Counted from the first letter of the stretch, positions 9,308-18,969 are shown. The stretch is DNA of 64,000 bases from a bacterium (GCA_031441465.1 JANOEP010000009.1:32001-96000); one strand, 5' to 3'. The notes: generated from the sequence alone by a model not told the origin. Translations and numbers: made by a program.

Positions 9308-11458
9308 TCAGCCGGCGATGGCTGCTTTCTCCATCAGCCGGTAGAACTGCCCGCCGCCACCGCTGACGATCTCCGTCCGAATCGCGATGTCGCCGCGCTG
9401 TTCCAAGGTGCTGATCAGGACGCGGAAAGTCTTGGCGTCGATCTTCATTCGCTTCAGGAGCACGCTGTGGGACAGCTCGCCACCTGGTGCCGTCCGCAGC
9501 TTGCGCAGGAGCTTGAGGCATTCAGCATGGAAGGGATTCTCGGCCACGTGGGATTGGGCCATGAACAGCATGCGGCGAGCCTGGTGGATAGCGAATCGGC
9601 TCGCCCAGTCCGCAGCCTCGCGCCCGATCTCGGGATTCAGATGGTTCTCGCTGACCGCGTAGATCAGCGCAAGCTTGCGCGCGTGCTCGGCGACCCGACC
9701 CCACAACGCCGTGCCGGCCGAATCGCCGACGCCCTCGGCTCGCGCATACTCCTGCTCGGCCTCACCACGCGCTTCGTCGAGGACCGTTCGCGCTGCTTCT
9801 GTTTGCGGCACGATCAAGGGCACGGGGTGCCAGTCCTGTAGGTTCCCGGTTCCGGGCCGGAAATCGGCCCACCATCGCGCCGTCTGCAGGACGCTGTCAG
9901 GGACCGGATGAATCCCCGGCGCCCGCCCTTGTGACCGAGTTCCGCACTCGAGGATGATCGTCCGCGCGAAGAACCCGTTGGTCAACATGCGCTCCGAGAG
10001 CGCCTCATAGTAGTGGTTCGGGATGGCCGTACCGAAGACCACCAGGCAAGGCTGGTCAATCGCGCCAGGCGTGTCACGACCGGCTTTACGCCGCATGGGG
10101 AAGATCGAGTTAGCCGTCGAGAACATCGTCAGCAGTGTGCCCATGATGTTCTCGTGCCGGGCATCGCGAGACTTGTTGATCGACTGCAACATGCCGTCGA
10201 TCTCGTCTGTCTGAAACAGCATGCACGGTTCTGTGAGGAGAGCATCTTGAACCCCTTCTCCGGACGCGAACCGGCCGCCGACCTGGTCGGACAACCCGAC
10301 AGCATGCAGTATCTCGGTATTCAGCTTGCGTGGCCGGTCTTTGCCGGCCGAGGAGAGAGCCAAGCCGAGCAAGTATAGGTTGGTCCGGTTGTCGTCCGGG
10401 TCGCGGACCTTTCGTCCCGCCAGTACACCCAGCAGGGCAAGAGCACCAGCGAACGCCAGCACCACGTTGGGGTATGGAGCGGTGGCCAGGCAGTGGTCCA
10501 TGACCTCGGACACGAATCCAGGGATGCGCAGCAACTCGTCAGGAATCGGGCCGGGATCGACCAGCGCCGGTGCCGGATCCTCGGCCGGGGTGGCCATCTC
10601 GGCGTCCTGTCCCCAGTGGTTTTCGGCCACTGCGACGGCGACCTGGTCGGGCTCGTAGCTGGCGACGCTGGCGGCGATCCGTTCGACTTCCCGCCCGGTC
10701 ACTGGCGGCCGGCAGCGGTCCTGGTTGGCCCGCGTCAGGGCGACCAGGATCTCCTCCTGGCTCATCCCCACCCGGCGCATGGCCCCGCCCAGGCGCGCCA
10801 ACGTGGCGTTCCGTTGGCCGGTTGGTATCACATTGCCACCGGCCGCCGGCGTCGCGCCCTGGGGCGCCACGAGTGCGCCGTGGGCCGCCACCTGGCCGTC
10901 CTCAGCGGGCCGTTTGCCTCCCTGGACAAAGAGGTCCGCTCCGCCGTCGACCTGGGCCGCGAGCCACGCGGGGGACTCAGGCTGATCGGCCGGCCCAGTC
11001 TCGATAGCCTTGATCCACTGGTACGGCTTGCCGCCCACCACCGAGGGCGGCAGGACGATGTAGCCTCCGTTGGCCCGGGTGTCGACCTTCGGGGCGAGCC
11101 GACCCGCGGTGCTGCTCCAGCTCTTGCCCGCCGGCTGCCGGAAGATGTAGTGCCGGCCGCCGCGAGGGGTCAGCGAGACCGGGCATTCTCCGAGCGCCTC
11201 GAGGTCATCGCCAGGCCAGGGGTTGTCAGCCCCGTCGACGTCGACGACCAGGAGGCCGGCGGTCGGCATGCCGATGTTCGCGTCCGGCCGCGCCGTCCAC
11301 CAAGCCGTGATCTGGCCGGCATCCGTCGTGGCGTCCAGGAACCCATGCGGCGTCGCGGGGGCTTTTCCGCACGGAATGCACGGAAAGACCGGGTACCCGA
11401 GCTCCGCATACCTCAACGCCGCCTGCAGCATCTTCCCGTTGGATTCGCCCACAAGCAC
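9308..11458 (-). CDS. Bifunctional primase/polymerase (Prim-Pol, PriCT, DUF3987-like C-terminus)
   Basis: YAELGYPVFPC, ANIG...VVDVD, TPRGGRHYIF, DTRANGGYIVLPPS, GQRNATL; start uncertain. Confidence 0.88.
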   Translation of the reverse strand: MLVGESNGKMLQAALRYAELGYPVFPCIPCGKAPATPHGFLDATTDAGQITAWWTARPDANIGMPTAGLLVVDVDGADNPWPGDDLEALGECPVSLTPRGGRHYIFRQPAGKSWSSTAGRLAPKVDTRANGGYIVLPPSVVGGKPYQWIKAIETGPADQPESPAWLAAQVDGGADLFVQGGKRPAEDGQVAAHGALVAPQGATPAAGGNVIPTGQRNATLARLGGAMRRVGMSQEEILVALTRANQDRCRPPVTGREVERIAASVASYEPDQVAVAVAENHWGQDAEMATPAEDPAPALVDPGPIPDELLRIPGFVSEVMDHCLATAPYPNVVLAFAGALALLGVLAGRKVRDPDDNRTNLYLLGLALSSAGKDRPRKLNTEILHAVGLSDQVGGRFASGEGVQDALLTEPCMLFQTDEIDGMLQSINKSRDARHENIMGTLLTMFSTANSIFPMRRKAGRDTPGAIDQPCLVVFGTAIPNHYYEALSERMLTNGFFARTIILECGTRSQGRAPGIHPVPDSVLQTARWWADFRPGTGNLQDWHPVPLIVPQTEAARTVLDEARGEAEQEYARAEGVGDSAGTALWGRVAEHARKLALIYAVSENHLNPEIGREAADWASRFAIHQARRMLFMAQSHVAENPFHAECLKLLRKLRTAPGGELSHSVLLKRMKIDAKTFRVLISTLEQRGDIAIRTEIVSGGGGQFYRLMEKAAIAG

Positions 11459-11469
11459 CTACTTCAAGG

Positions 11470-13191
11470 TCAGAAGGGTAGATCGTCATCATCCAGCGGG
11501 TCGTAGGCACCCGCGGAGCCACCGGCCAGGACTCCGGTCGGCTCGCGGTCGTCGTCCATCCCCGGTTCGCGCCAGGCGGGCCTGTCATCCAGCTCGTAGC
11601 CGATGATCCGCGGGAACTGGTCACCAACCACGGTGCGCACGGTGATCGAGCGGGTCCGGCACAGTGCGCCGTCGTTGGCCAGCAACTCAGCCACGGCCGC
11701 AGTCCGCGGCGCCGGAGCGGTCGACCTGCGCCGCCACCACGATTCGGCCTTCTGGCGGGCCCAGCCGGTATGTTCGAAGCAGATCCACTCGGACTGGTGC
11801 TGGTGAAAGCCGGTTTGGTACTCGACCCGCAGGGTCTTGGGCGCATCCTCTGGAGCGCCCTTCTTGCTGTGGATGCTGTAGAAGACCTCACGCACGTCGT
11901 GGACCGTGGTCGTCACCTCGCCCGAGAGAATGCCCTCAGTAGACGCGGTCGCCTCGTGCTGCCGCCGGTCGGGAGGCGGGAACTCGTAGCCGCAATCCGG
12001 GCACACGGCGTAGCCGGCGGCGATCAGGCTCTGGCACTCAGGGCACTGCTTGGCCGGCGCCTCGCCGTTGCCGCGATGGTTGACGGCCTGTATCCGGATG
12101 GCGTCGACAGGTCCGTGCCGCAGCACATTCCCGCCGAAGTCCAGAACCAGGCAGTTCTCCTTGCCCGCGTTCAGGCGGAATCCGCGACCAACCATCTGAT
12201 AGTAGAGCCCCGGCGACAACGTCGGCCGCACCATGGCCACGCAGTCGATGTTCGGCGCGTCGAATCCCATGGTCAGCACGTTGACGTTGACCAGGTACTT
12301 GATCCTGCCGGCCTTGAACTCGGCCAGGACCCGGTCGCGCTCCTCGGTCGCGGTCTCGCCGAAGACGGTGGCCACCGTCTCGTTCCCCATCCTGCGCAAG
12401 ACCGCGGCGACATGCTCGCCATGCTGGACTCCGGTGGTGAACACGAGGACCGAGTGCCGCCCCTGGGTCTGCTCGACGATCTCCCGGCAGGCCGACTCGA
12501 CGAGCTCGTCGGTGTCCATGAGGTCCTCGGCCTCGCCGGCCACGAACTCGCCCGCGCGCACATGCAGACCCGAAGTGTCCAGCGGCTGGGCACACCCCTT
12601 GGTGATCAACGGGCAGAGGTAGCCCTGGATGATCAGTTCCTTCACGCCAATCTCGTAGCAGACCTCGTTCAGGACGTTACCAGGCTCGCAGATCATTCCG
12701 CTCTTCATCCGAAACGGTGTCGCGGTCAGCCCGATCACCCGCAGGTTGGGATTCACCTTGCGGGCGTCCTCCAGAAAGGTCCGGTACATCCCGTCCCCGT
12801 CCGGGGGAATCATGTGCGCCTCGTCGATGATCACCAGGTCGAAGGCGTCGAGCTCGCAGGCCCGTCGGTAGACCGACTGGATCCCCGCAATGATGATCGG
12901 GTGCTCAGTGTCCCTGCTCTTCAGACCCGCTGAGTAGATCCCGGTCTTCATCCACATCTCAGGCGCCACGACGTGGATCTTGTCCAGCGCCTGCTCGAGC
13001 AGCTCCTTGACGTGGGCCAGGATCAGGACACGGCCGCCCCAACGCCCAACGGCATCCCTGCAGACCGTGGCCATAACGGGAGTTTTGCCCCCACCTGTCG
13101 GAATCACCACGCAGGGATTGTCGTCGCGTTCGCGCAGGTGGCTGTAGATCGCAGCCACCGCCTCCTGTTGGTAGGGCCTGAGCTCAAGCAC
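11470..13191 (-). CDS. SF2 DEAH-box helicase with zinc finger (RadD/YejH-like)
   Basis: LRPYQ, PTGGGKT, DEAH, TATP, QMVGRGFR, CPEC/CPDC. Confidence 0.92.
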   Translation of the reverse strand: MLELRPYQQEAVAAIYSHLRERDDNPCVVIPTGGGKTPVMATVCRDAVGRWGGRVLILAHVKELLEQALDKIHVVAPEMWMKTGIYSAGLKSRDTEHPIIIAGIQSVYRRACELDAFDLVIIDEAHMIPPDGDGMYRTFLEDARKVNPNLRVIGLTATPFRMKSGMICEPGNVLNEVCYEIGVKELIIQGYLCPLITKGCAQPLDTSGLHVRAGEFVAGEAEDLMDTDELVESACREIVEQTQGRHSVLVFTTGVQHGEHVAAVLRRMGNETVATVFGETATEERDRVLAEFKAGRIKYLVNVNVLTMGFDAPNIDCVAMVRPTLSPGLYYQMVGRGFRLNAGKENCLVLDFGGNVLRHGPVDAIRIQAVNHRGNGEAPAKQCPECQSLIAAGYAVCPDCGYEFPPPDRRQHEATASTEGILSGEVTTTVHDVREVFYSIHSKKGAPEDAPKTLRVEYQTGFHQHQSEWICFEHTGWARQKAESWWRRRSTAPAPRTAAVAELLANDGALCRTRSITVRTVVGDQFPRIIGYELDDRPAWREPGMDDDREPTGVLAGGSAGAYDPLDDDDLPF

Positions 13192-13537
13192 TTCGGACTT
13201 CCTCCAGGCGCACCAGAGTGCGGCCGCCGCGGACGCACCCGCACATCTCGATGTTCAGCTTCTTGATCTGGCTGTCGTCGGCGTACAGGCCGCCGTGCTG
13301 GAGCGCATCAAGAAGGGCCTTTTGCAAATTGTCTGCATCGCGACGCTGGTGATTGGGCGGGTAGACTTCGATCTCCATGCGCAGCGGACCCCGCAAGCCG
13401 CCGACTCCGAGGCCGGCGAGGATGGCGCAGACCCGTTCGCGGAACCTGCGCCCCTCGCGGCTGATGAGCGTCCGGTGACCAACGCGCCGGTAGTAGTGGT
13501 TCACCGACGGCGGAAACGGCAGCTCGATCTCGATCAT
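13184..13537 (-). CDS. rusA: RusA-family Holliday junction resolvase
   Basis: LPFPPSVNHY, RRDADNLQKALLDAL, DDSQI. Confidence 0.9.
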   Translation of the reverse strand: MIEIELPFPPSVNHYYRRVGHRTLISREGRRFRERVCAILAGLGVGGLRGPLRMEIEVYPPNHQRRDADNLQKALLDALQHGGLYADDSQIKKLNIEMCGCVRGGRTLVRLEEVRSA

Positions 13538-13989
13538 CGGCGGGCCCAAGGCGGGGTGCTTGTCGCCTCCTGCTGAGGCACGCCCGCGGCGGCGTCCTTG
13601 CGGGCGTAGCCGCGGATCTCGTTGACCACGTCACCGGTGTCGTCGCGTTTCTTGCATTTCACCGTGATCACCAGAGGCAGGTTGTGCAGTTCGATCGAAT
13701 CCTTGGGCTGCAGCACGCCGATCGCGCGGCAGAGAGCCGACAGTTCGCCCTGGGCGATCTGGACGGCCTGCCGGTTCGGATTGTCCAGGTTGAGCCGCGA
13801 CCAGAGCAGCCGGTTCTTGAACGGCCCGTCGATCACCTGGAACGTGAGCTCCAGATAGTGACCGGCACCGCTCTTGGTCGGCTTCATCTGCGAGTCGGTG
13901 ATGATGGCGATGTACTTGCCCGCGGGCAGCGGCTCGAAATCGGTCGCGGGGTCGACGTTGTTGGCGTCAAAGCCGTTGAGATTTGCCAT
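13534..13989 (-). CDS. DUF669-like single-stranded DNA-binding protein
   Basis: DFEPLPAGKY...YLELTFQVIDG, C-terminal PPW. Confidence 0.75.
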   Translation of the reverse strand: MANLNGFDANNVDPATDFEPLPAGKYIAIITDSQMKPTKSGAGHYLELTFQVIDGPFKNRLLWSRLNLDNPNRQAVQIAQGELSALCRAIGVLQPKDSIELHNLPLVITVKCKKRDDTGDVVNEIRGYARKDAAAGVPQQEATSTPPWARR

Positions 13990-13991
13990 GG

Positions 13992-14774
13992 CTACTTCGC
14001 TCCTTTGCTCTTGCCGCCCTGCGGCGCGACGATCGGTTCGGTGGTCATGTGCTGGGCGTAGACGTTCCAGTCCAGCGGCATCTCTTCGGGGAGACTCAGG
14101 CGGTTCTTGGCCACGTGGGCGGGGCGCTCGACCGTACGCAGGACGCGCTCGCCAGTGCCGATGCCCTGGTTGCGTTTGCGGTCGAAGCCCTCGTCGGTCT
14201 GCTTGGTGAAGACCTTGAACGTGGCGAACAGGACCTCGTCGCACCACTCCTGCAGGACTTGGGATGCCAGGCGGTGCAGACGTGGCACGTAGCGGTCGTA
14301 GCTATCGGTCTCGGGGTTCTCGAAACGCTCGATCCGGGCGTGGGCGATCAGAACCGTCGTCATGCCCTTGTCGCTGCGCAGCGCGGACAGGCCCTCGAGG
14401 AACTCGCGCCATTGCGACATGGCGAACACGTAGCCCTTGGCGTAGCCGATGTCCTCGATGCTCTCGACGTTTCGCTTGCGGCAGACGTCGGTCCAGATAA
14501 GGCGTTCCAGCCAGTCCAGCGAATCCACCACAACGGTTCGATAGGGGTGCTCGTCGGTGTAGAGCTCCGACAGGGCCTGCATGGCCTGATCGAACGTCGT
14601 GGTGACCGGGAACTTGGCGCAGTTGATCTCGCCGAGGCCATCCTCGGTTTGAATGAACACGGGCTTCGGTGCGCACGATGCGAAGGTCGACTTCCCGATG
14701 CCGTGGGTGCCGTAGAGCATCACCCGTCTCGGGGCCGGACCTCGTCCGCTGGTGACTTGCTGCAGAAGCTTCAC
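13992..14774 (-). CDS. Phage ATP-binding protein (AAA_24/Sak4-like)
   Basis: YGTHGIGKST Walker A, VVDSLDWLE; RBS AAGGAG before GTG. Confidence 0.85.
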   Translation of the reverse strand: MKLLQQVTSGRGPAPRRVMLYGTHGIGKSTFASCAPKPVFIQTEDGLGEINCAKFPVTTTFDQAMQALSELYTDEHPYRTVVVDSLDWLERLIWTDVCRKRNVESIEDIGYAKGYVFAMSQWREFLEGLSALRSDKGMTTVLIAHARIERFENPETDSYDRYVPRLHRLASQVLQEWCDEVLFATFKVFTKQTDEGFDRKRNQGIGTGERVLRTVERPAHVAKNRLSLPEEMPLDWNVYAQHMTTEPIVAPQGGKSKGAK

Positions 14775-14805
14775 GGTCGCATCTCCTTTCCGGTTGAGAT
14801 TGGTT

Positions 14806-14877
14806 GGGAAGCGGGCGGACCCAGGGAGTCCCGACGCGCTCGGGCGACAGCGCGTCACGCCATTCCGCCCGCTCCCC
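14806..14877 (-). ncRNA. Candidate intergenic structured RNA
   Basis: 14-bp outer stem and 8-bp inner stem; one G-U pair valid only on the - strand. Confidence 0.4.
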
Positions 14878-14884
14878 TTGGCGT

Positions 14885-15712
14885 TCAGATCCAGTCGAAG
14901 TCGCGGATGTCCTCGTAGCCGGTGAGCCACTCGTCCCGCTCTCGGCAGTCGATCAGGCGCGCGATGCCTTCCTCGTTCTCCTTCTGGGCGAGCCCGAGAA
15001 CCTCCTCGCTGATCCTCCAGACGCCGCAGCGCACGGGTTCGCGCTTCTCCACGGCGATCATGTAGACGGGGAGGTTCGTGCCGGTGAGGAAGGCGATCAC
15101 GGATCGGTAGAAGGCCAGCTGGTGAGCGTAGCCGTAGGCGCGCGCATCCGTCTGAAGCCAGTCGATGTTCTCGCAGGTCTTCAGGTCGACGATCCCGCGC
15201 TCGGGATTCAGCCAGTCCAGACGCGACTGGCATGGCAGGCCGCAGTACGTCGCCCGCACCACGCCTTCGGGGACACCGTCAGCCAGAAGAGCCGAGGCGT
15301 GCTTGTGGGTCTGCACCGACGCGTTGAGACCTTCGATCAGGGCTGCCTGCTCGTCATCGAGCACGGGCTTGCCCTGCTCGTCCGCCCAGTCCTGGAAGGC
15401 CTTTGTGCGGCTGCCGAACGGCTGGCCGGTCCTCGGGTTGATCGGCCCGCCGAAGGCGTAGGTCTGCTCGTAGACCTCGCGGCCTTCGAGGATCAGGACA
15501 TGCGCAGCGCGGCCGACGACGTACGCCGGGCGGTCCTGGTCTTGCACCAGTCCGAGGTGCTTCTTGTGGTAGAGCAGCGGGTTGCGCCGGAACTCGGCCA
15601 GCATGTGGCTGGACAGGTACTTGCCAGCCTGGGCGTGGTACACGTCGGCCGGTTCGCAGATCAGGTCCTGGACGCTCCACGCGCGTCGCTTGAAGACTTC
15701 TGGCAGGTTCAT
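14885..15712 (-). CDS. PD-(D/E)xK exonuclease (RecE/ExoVIII, DUF3799-like)
   Basis: YHA...LSSH, GRAAHVLILE, RLDWL...IVDLKT, YAHQLAFY. Confidence 0.85.
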   Translation of the reverse strand: MNLPEVFKRRAWSVQDLICEPADVYHAQAGKYLSSHMLAEFRRNPLLYHKKHLGLVQDQDRPAYVVGRAAHVLILEGREVYEQTYAFGGPINPRTGQPFGSRTKAFQDWADEQGKPVLDDEQAALIEGLNASVQTHKHASALLADGVPEGVVRATYCGLPCQSRLDWLNPERGIVDLKTCENIDWLQTDARAYGYAHQLAFYRSVIAFLTGTNLPVYMIAVEKREPVRCGVWRISEEVLGLAQKENEEGIARLIDCRERDEWLTGYEDIRDFDWI

Positions 15713-16014
15713 GAGTTGAGGTCCTCCGTTTCCGTCTTGGGCATGCGCTCGACGCGGCTGACCGAAAAGGCCCCCTCGCCGAACTCCCGGATGGCAAAAC
15801 CCGTGAAGATGCGGCTGATGTCCTGACCGACGACCGTGTCGGCATCGATCACGCAGGCGTGTTTCTCGGCGTCGAAGCAGTACTTCGCGTCGAGCCTCAC
15901 CCGCGACTTCCCGTGCAGGCCCTCGACCGCCATCACGGCCAGGAGCAGGGTGCTCTCGATCTCGTCTGCCGGCGCGGTGGCCTCGAACTCGTAGCGGTGG
16001 ATTTCTCGGTTCAT
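15709..16014 (-). CDS. Hypothetical protein
   Basis: RBS AGAGGA; ATGA overlap with the next gene. Confidence 0.75.
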   Translation of the reverse strand: MNREIHRYEFEATAPADEIESTLLLAVMAVEGLHGKSRVRLDAKYCFDAEKHACVIDADTVVGQDISRIFTGFAIREFGEGAFSVSRVERMPKTETEDLNS

Positions 16015-16049
16015 CGTGCTTCCTCTTTTGCAGTTCCGGGCGTGTCTGC

Positions 16050-16090
16050 CCGCTGAGGGTTACTTACCCTGTCCCTTGCCGAGGTGTCGG
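16050..16090 (-). promoter_or_regulatory. Element promoter motif, copy 2 (before replication operon)
   Basis: CCGACAC-ctcggcaagggaca-GGGTAAGTAA-ccctc-AGCGG; overlaps the sigma gene stop codon. Confidence 0.75.
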
Positions 16091-16683
16091 GAGTCGCCGA
16101 GGTATTCGCGCAGTCCGTTGTCCTCGAAGATCTTCCGCAGACGGGCGATGCCCTTTTCGTAGAGCGTGCTGCGCGGCACGCCGATTTCGCGGGCGATCTC
16201 GGCCACGGTTCGGGTCTGCAGGCGGCGGGCGAAGTCACGCAGATCCTCGGGCAGTTCGTCCAACACCAACGAGAGGTCGAGCCTGAGGTCGATGCGTTCG
16301 GCCTCAGGGCGGTCGTGGCGCGCGAGTTCTTCGTCGTAGGCGTCCTGGCTGAGGACCTCGTCGAGCCCACGCTGCTGGCCGTCCTGGTCCTCGACCTGCG
16401 CATCCAGCGGGCAGACATGCCGCCGGTAGTCGCGCTTCTCCTGGCGCTGGTGGCGAATCAGGGTGGAGACCTTGCGGTCGACGACACGGGCCACGAAGGT
16501 GCTCAGGCCCGCCCTGTCGGGATCGTATTTGGCGAGTCGCCGCAGCAGATCCAGCATCATGTCCTGCTGCAGGTCGTCGTAGTCGTCGCGGGTGAATCCG
16601 TACTTGTTGATCAACTGCCTGGCTTTGTGCCGAATGACTTCACGGGCGTATCCGTCAAGGATGCGCTGCTTCGCGTTCTCCAT
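16060..16683 (-). CDS. Sigma-70-family (ECF-like) sigma factor
   Basis: Region 2 DDLQQDMMLDLL...YDPDRAGLSTFV; region 4 HTH TVAEIAREIGVPRSTL. Confidence 0.8.
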   Translation of the reverse strand: MENAKQRILDGYAREVIRHKARQLINKYGFTRDDYDDLQQDMMLDLLRRLAKYDPDRAGLSTFVARVVDRKVSTLIRHQRQEKRDYRRHVCPLDAQVEDQDGQQRGLDEVLSQDAYDEELARHDRPEAERIDLRLDLSLVLDELPEDLRDFARRLQTRTVAEIAREIGVPRSTLYEKGIARLRKIFEDNGLREYLGDSRHLGKGQGK

Positions 16684-16704
16684 CGGAACCTCTTTTGAGG
16701 CCGC

Positions 16705-16813
16705 GGAGAGGCGCAAGGGTGTCGCACGAGGCAGCGCATAGACCGGCGTGGCGGAGGCGCACGTGGTTCGCCGTTACGGCGACACCCACATGCACCTCCA
16801 CCTTGTGGCCGGT
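16705..16813 (-). ncRNA. Candidate cis-regulatory leader RNA with alternative pairings
   Basis: Long hairpin 16742-16813 with three G-U pairs valid only on the - strand; competing complement at 16708-16725. Confidence 0.5.
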
Positions 16814-16868
16814 TGTATGTCTGGTGACGATCAGTCAGGGATGAGTGCGGGGCGGCCAGCCCCTCGGG

Positions 16869-17195
16869 TCAGGCGGCGGCTTCCTCCACCTGCATGCGGA
16901 AGGGCAGGCCGTGCTTGACCTCCAGGCAACGCACCGTCGCGTTGCCAAGGGAGGCAAACGTGTCCATGAGTTCCTGGACGCTCGACTTCAGAGCGAAGTC
17001 GGTGAGCCCGGCTTCGGAACGACGACCATTGCCGGCGCCGAACTTCACGTCCCGGACAACGCGAGGACGAGGTTTGAGCACCGGCAGGCCGTCGCGGATC
17101 ACGAGCCCTTCGATGATGCCGAAATCGAGCTTCTGCATCAGTCCGACGAGCTCGACCTGGGCTGGCAAGAGTGCGGATTTCCTGGGAGGCTTCAT
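16869..17195 (-). CDS. Hypothetical protein (108 aa)
   Basis: RBS AGGAAGGA before ATG 17195; globular-looking composition. Confidence 0.7.
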   Translation of the reverse strand: MKPPRKSALLPAQVELVGLMQKLDFGIIEGLVIRDGLPVLKPRPRVVRDVKFGAGNGRRSEAGLTDFALKSSVQELMDTFASLGNATVRCLEVKHGLPFRMQVEEAAA

Positions 17196-17293
17196 GGAGG
17201 ATCCTTCCTGCTGTTGGTGTCCTGGGGATAACCTGTGCGTAACCTGTGGCCTAAACACTAAACGCTGTGGACCAAAAAAAGGGGTTGGGGACA

Positions 17294-17989
17294 TCACGAG
17301 AACAACCCTGGAACTGGCACGTGGGTCCGGATCAGCCCCAGCTCGATCAGGCGGATCTGCATCGCCTGCGCCGAGACCTCGAACACCGGTGCCATCTGCC
17401 TCGCTACCTCGACCGTGGGCCGTTCGTCCGCGCCGAGACCCCAGCGGGCCTTCAGGTCTGCGATCTCGTCGGCGGCGATGTACGGCCGCCGCGACCCGTG
17501 GACGGATTCCCACTGGGCGTAAACCATGTCCTTCGGCATCAGCACGTTGCCCGCGAAGGAGTCGGCCTGCCATTCCCGTGGGTCCTTCGATCCCGATCGG
17601 CACACAATGGGCTCCTCCCTACCCGCGAACAGAACCTCTTGCCCTTGGTCGGCCAGATACCGATGCCGGTGCAATTCCCAATGACCGATCTCGTGCCCGA
17701 CCGTGAACCGGTAGCGCCCCAGTTTGTCCGGAAACACGGACGGATCGAGGGACTGATCGATTTTCACCTCGCGAGACCGGATCCAGGTACCGCCCAGGAC
17801 ATTCGGGACATTCAACAGTCGCGGAAGATCCGCGAAGTCGAACGTGAGACCGAGATGGGCCTCGAGGATCTCTTCGACCGGAACCGGCGGCTGAACGCTC
17901 ACACCATACTTCCTGCCGTAGTCGGCCAACAAGACCAGGGTGCCAGCTTCGATGTCTTCCTTGGGGACAAAGTCATGGGATCGCGCCAT
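17294..17989 (-). CDS. ImmA/IrrE-family metallopeptidase
   Basis: RFTVGHEIGH (HExxH), EWQADSFA, FEVSAQAMQIRL. Confidence 0.9.
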   Translation of the reverse strand: MARSHDFVPKEDIEAGTLVLLADYGRKYGVSVQPPVPVEEILEAHLGLTFDFADLPRLLNVPNVLGGTWIRSREVKIDQSLDPSVFPDKLGRYRFTVGHEIGHWELHRHRYLADQGQEVLFAGREEPIVCRSGSKDPREWQADSFAGNVLMPKDMVYAQWESVHGSRRPYIAADEIADLKARWGLGADERPTVEVARQMAPVFEVSAQAMQIRLIELGLIRTHVPVPGLFS

Positions 17990-18013
17990 TCGTACCTCCT
18001 GTACGTCCTGCGA

Positions 18014-18379
18014 TCAGGACTTCCTCTTCATGTACCGTATGGTTCGTTCGAGATCCTCGGCGGTAAAGCCGCGGTCACGTGCCGCTCGCAGTAGGTCGGC
18101 CATCGCCCTGGGCTCGGACTTGATGATTTCATCGAGCTCCGGGTCGGTCTTGCCGGCCAGCGCCAGCAATTCATCGGCATCGACTTCGAGCAGTGCGGCC
18201 ATCGTGATGATGTGCTCTGCTCTCGGCGGATCGAATTCTCCGGTTTCGATCTTGCTCAGGAACGTGGCGCTTATACCGACTTTCTGTGCGAACTGCCTGA
18301 GGGAAAAAGTGGGATCGACCGCCTTCTTCGCCTCGCGGAGATCACGAATCCGCTGCCCGAATCTTAGGTTTCCTGCCAT
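18014..18379 (-). CDS. XRE-family HTH repressor (ImmR-like)
   Basis: FGQRIRDLRE...SLRQFAQKVGISATFLSKIETG. Confidence 0.9.
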   Translation of the reverse strand: MAGNLRFGQRIRDLREAKKAVDPTFSLRQFAQKVGISATFLSKIETGEFDPPRAEHIITMAALLEVDADELLALAGKTDPELDEIIKSEPRAMADLLRAARDRGFTAEDLERTIRYMKRKS

Positions 18380-18558
18380 GGTTTCACCGCCTTCCTCTTG
18401 CCGAACGGCCTGGGTGACGCGCTCGGTCTGTCGGACATCGCCGCCCGTTCATGTTCAGTTAATACTACACACAAGCTCGGCCGTCAAGGGTGTGTGATCT
18501 GATCGCGGTCGGTCTGTTGTGAAATAACAAGTTAGGGTTTTTGCCCTGCGCCCTAGAG

Positions 18559-18969
18559 TCAGTCCGGGACCCCCGCCTTGAGGTCCCGCCACATCACCCG
18601 CTGCTTCCGCCAGTCCGGAACCGCGGCGATCGGCCGGACCATCTTCTCGCCGACGGGGGCCCGGCCGCCATCCGAGCGGGGCAGGTACAGGATCTCCTCC
18701 TGGATGTCCGGAGCCAGGAGAACCAGGCTCATGATCTGCGTCATGCGGGCGCGCGTCACCAGCTGCAAGCGGGCCAGCTCGGCGTAATCGGCGACTTCCC
18801 CTTGCCGATGGAGGTCCGCCATGTGGATCGCCAAGGCCATCACGCGCGAGATGCGAGGCACGCCGCCCAGAGCCGGCGGGTTCGCCTTGACCCCTTCCTG
18901 AATCACCTTCCTGCCACGCTTCATACTCCGGAAATGGACTTCCTTCGTGATCTTCAGCGGCCGTGTCAT
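18559..18969 (-). CDS. Recombinase-associated small HTH-like protein
   Basis: YAELARLQLVTRARMTQIMSL; translationally coupled to the recombinase. Confidence 0.7.
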   Translation of the reverse strand: MTRPLKITKEVHFRSMKRGRKVIQEGVKANPPALGGVPRISRVMALAIHMADLHRQGEVADYAELARLQLVTRARMTQIMSLVLLAPDIQEEILYLPRSDGGRAPVGEKMVRPIAAVPDWRKQRVMWRDLKAGVPD

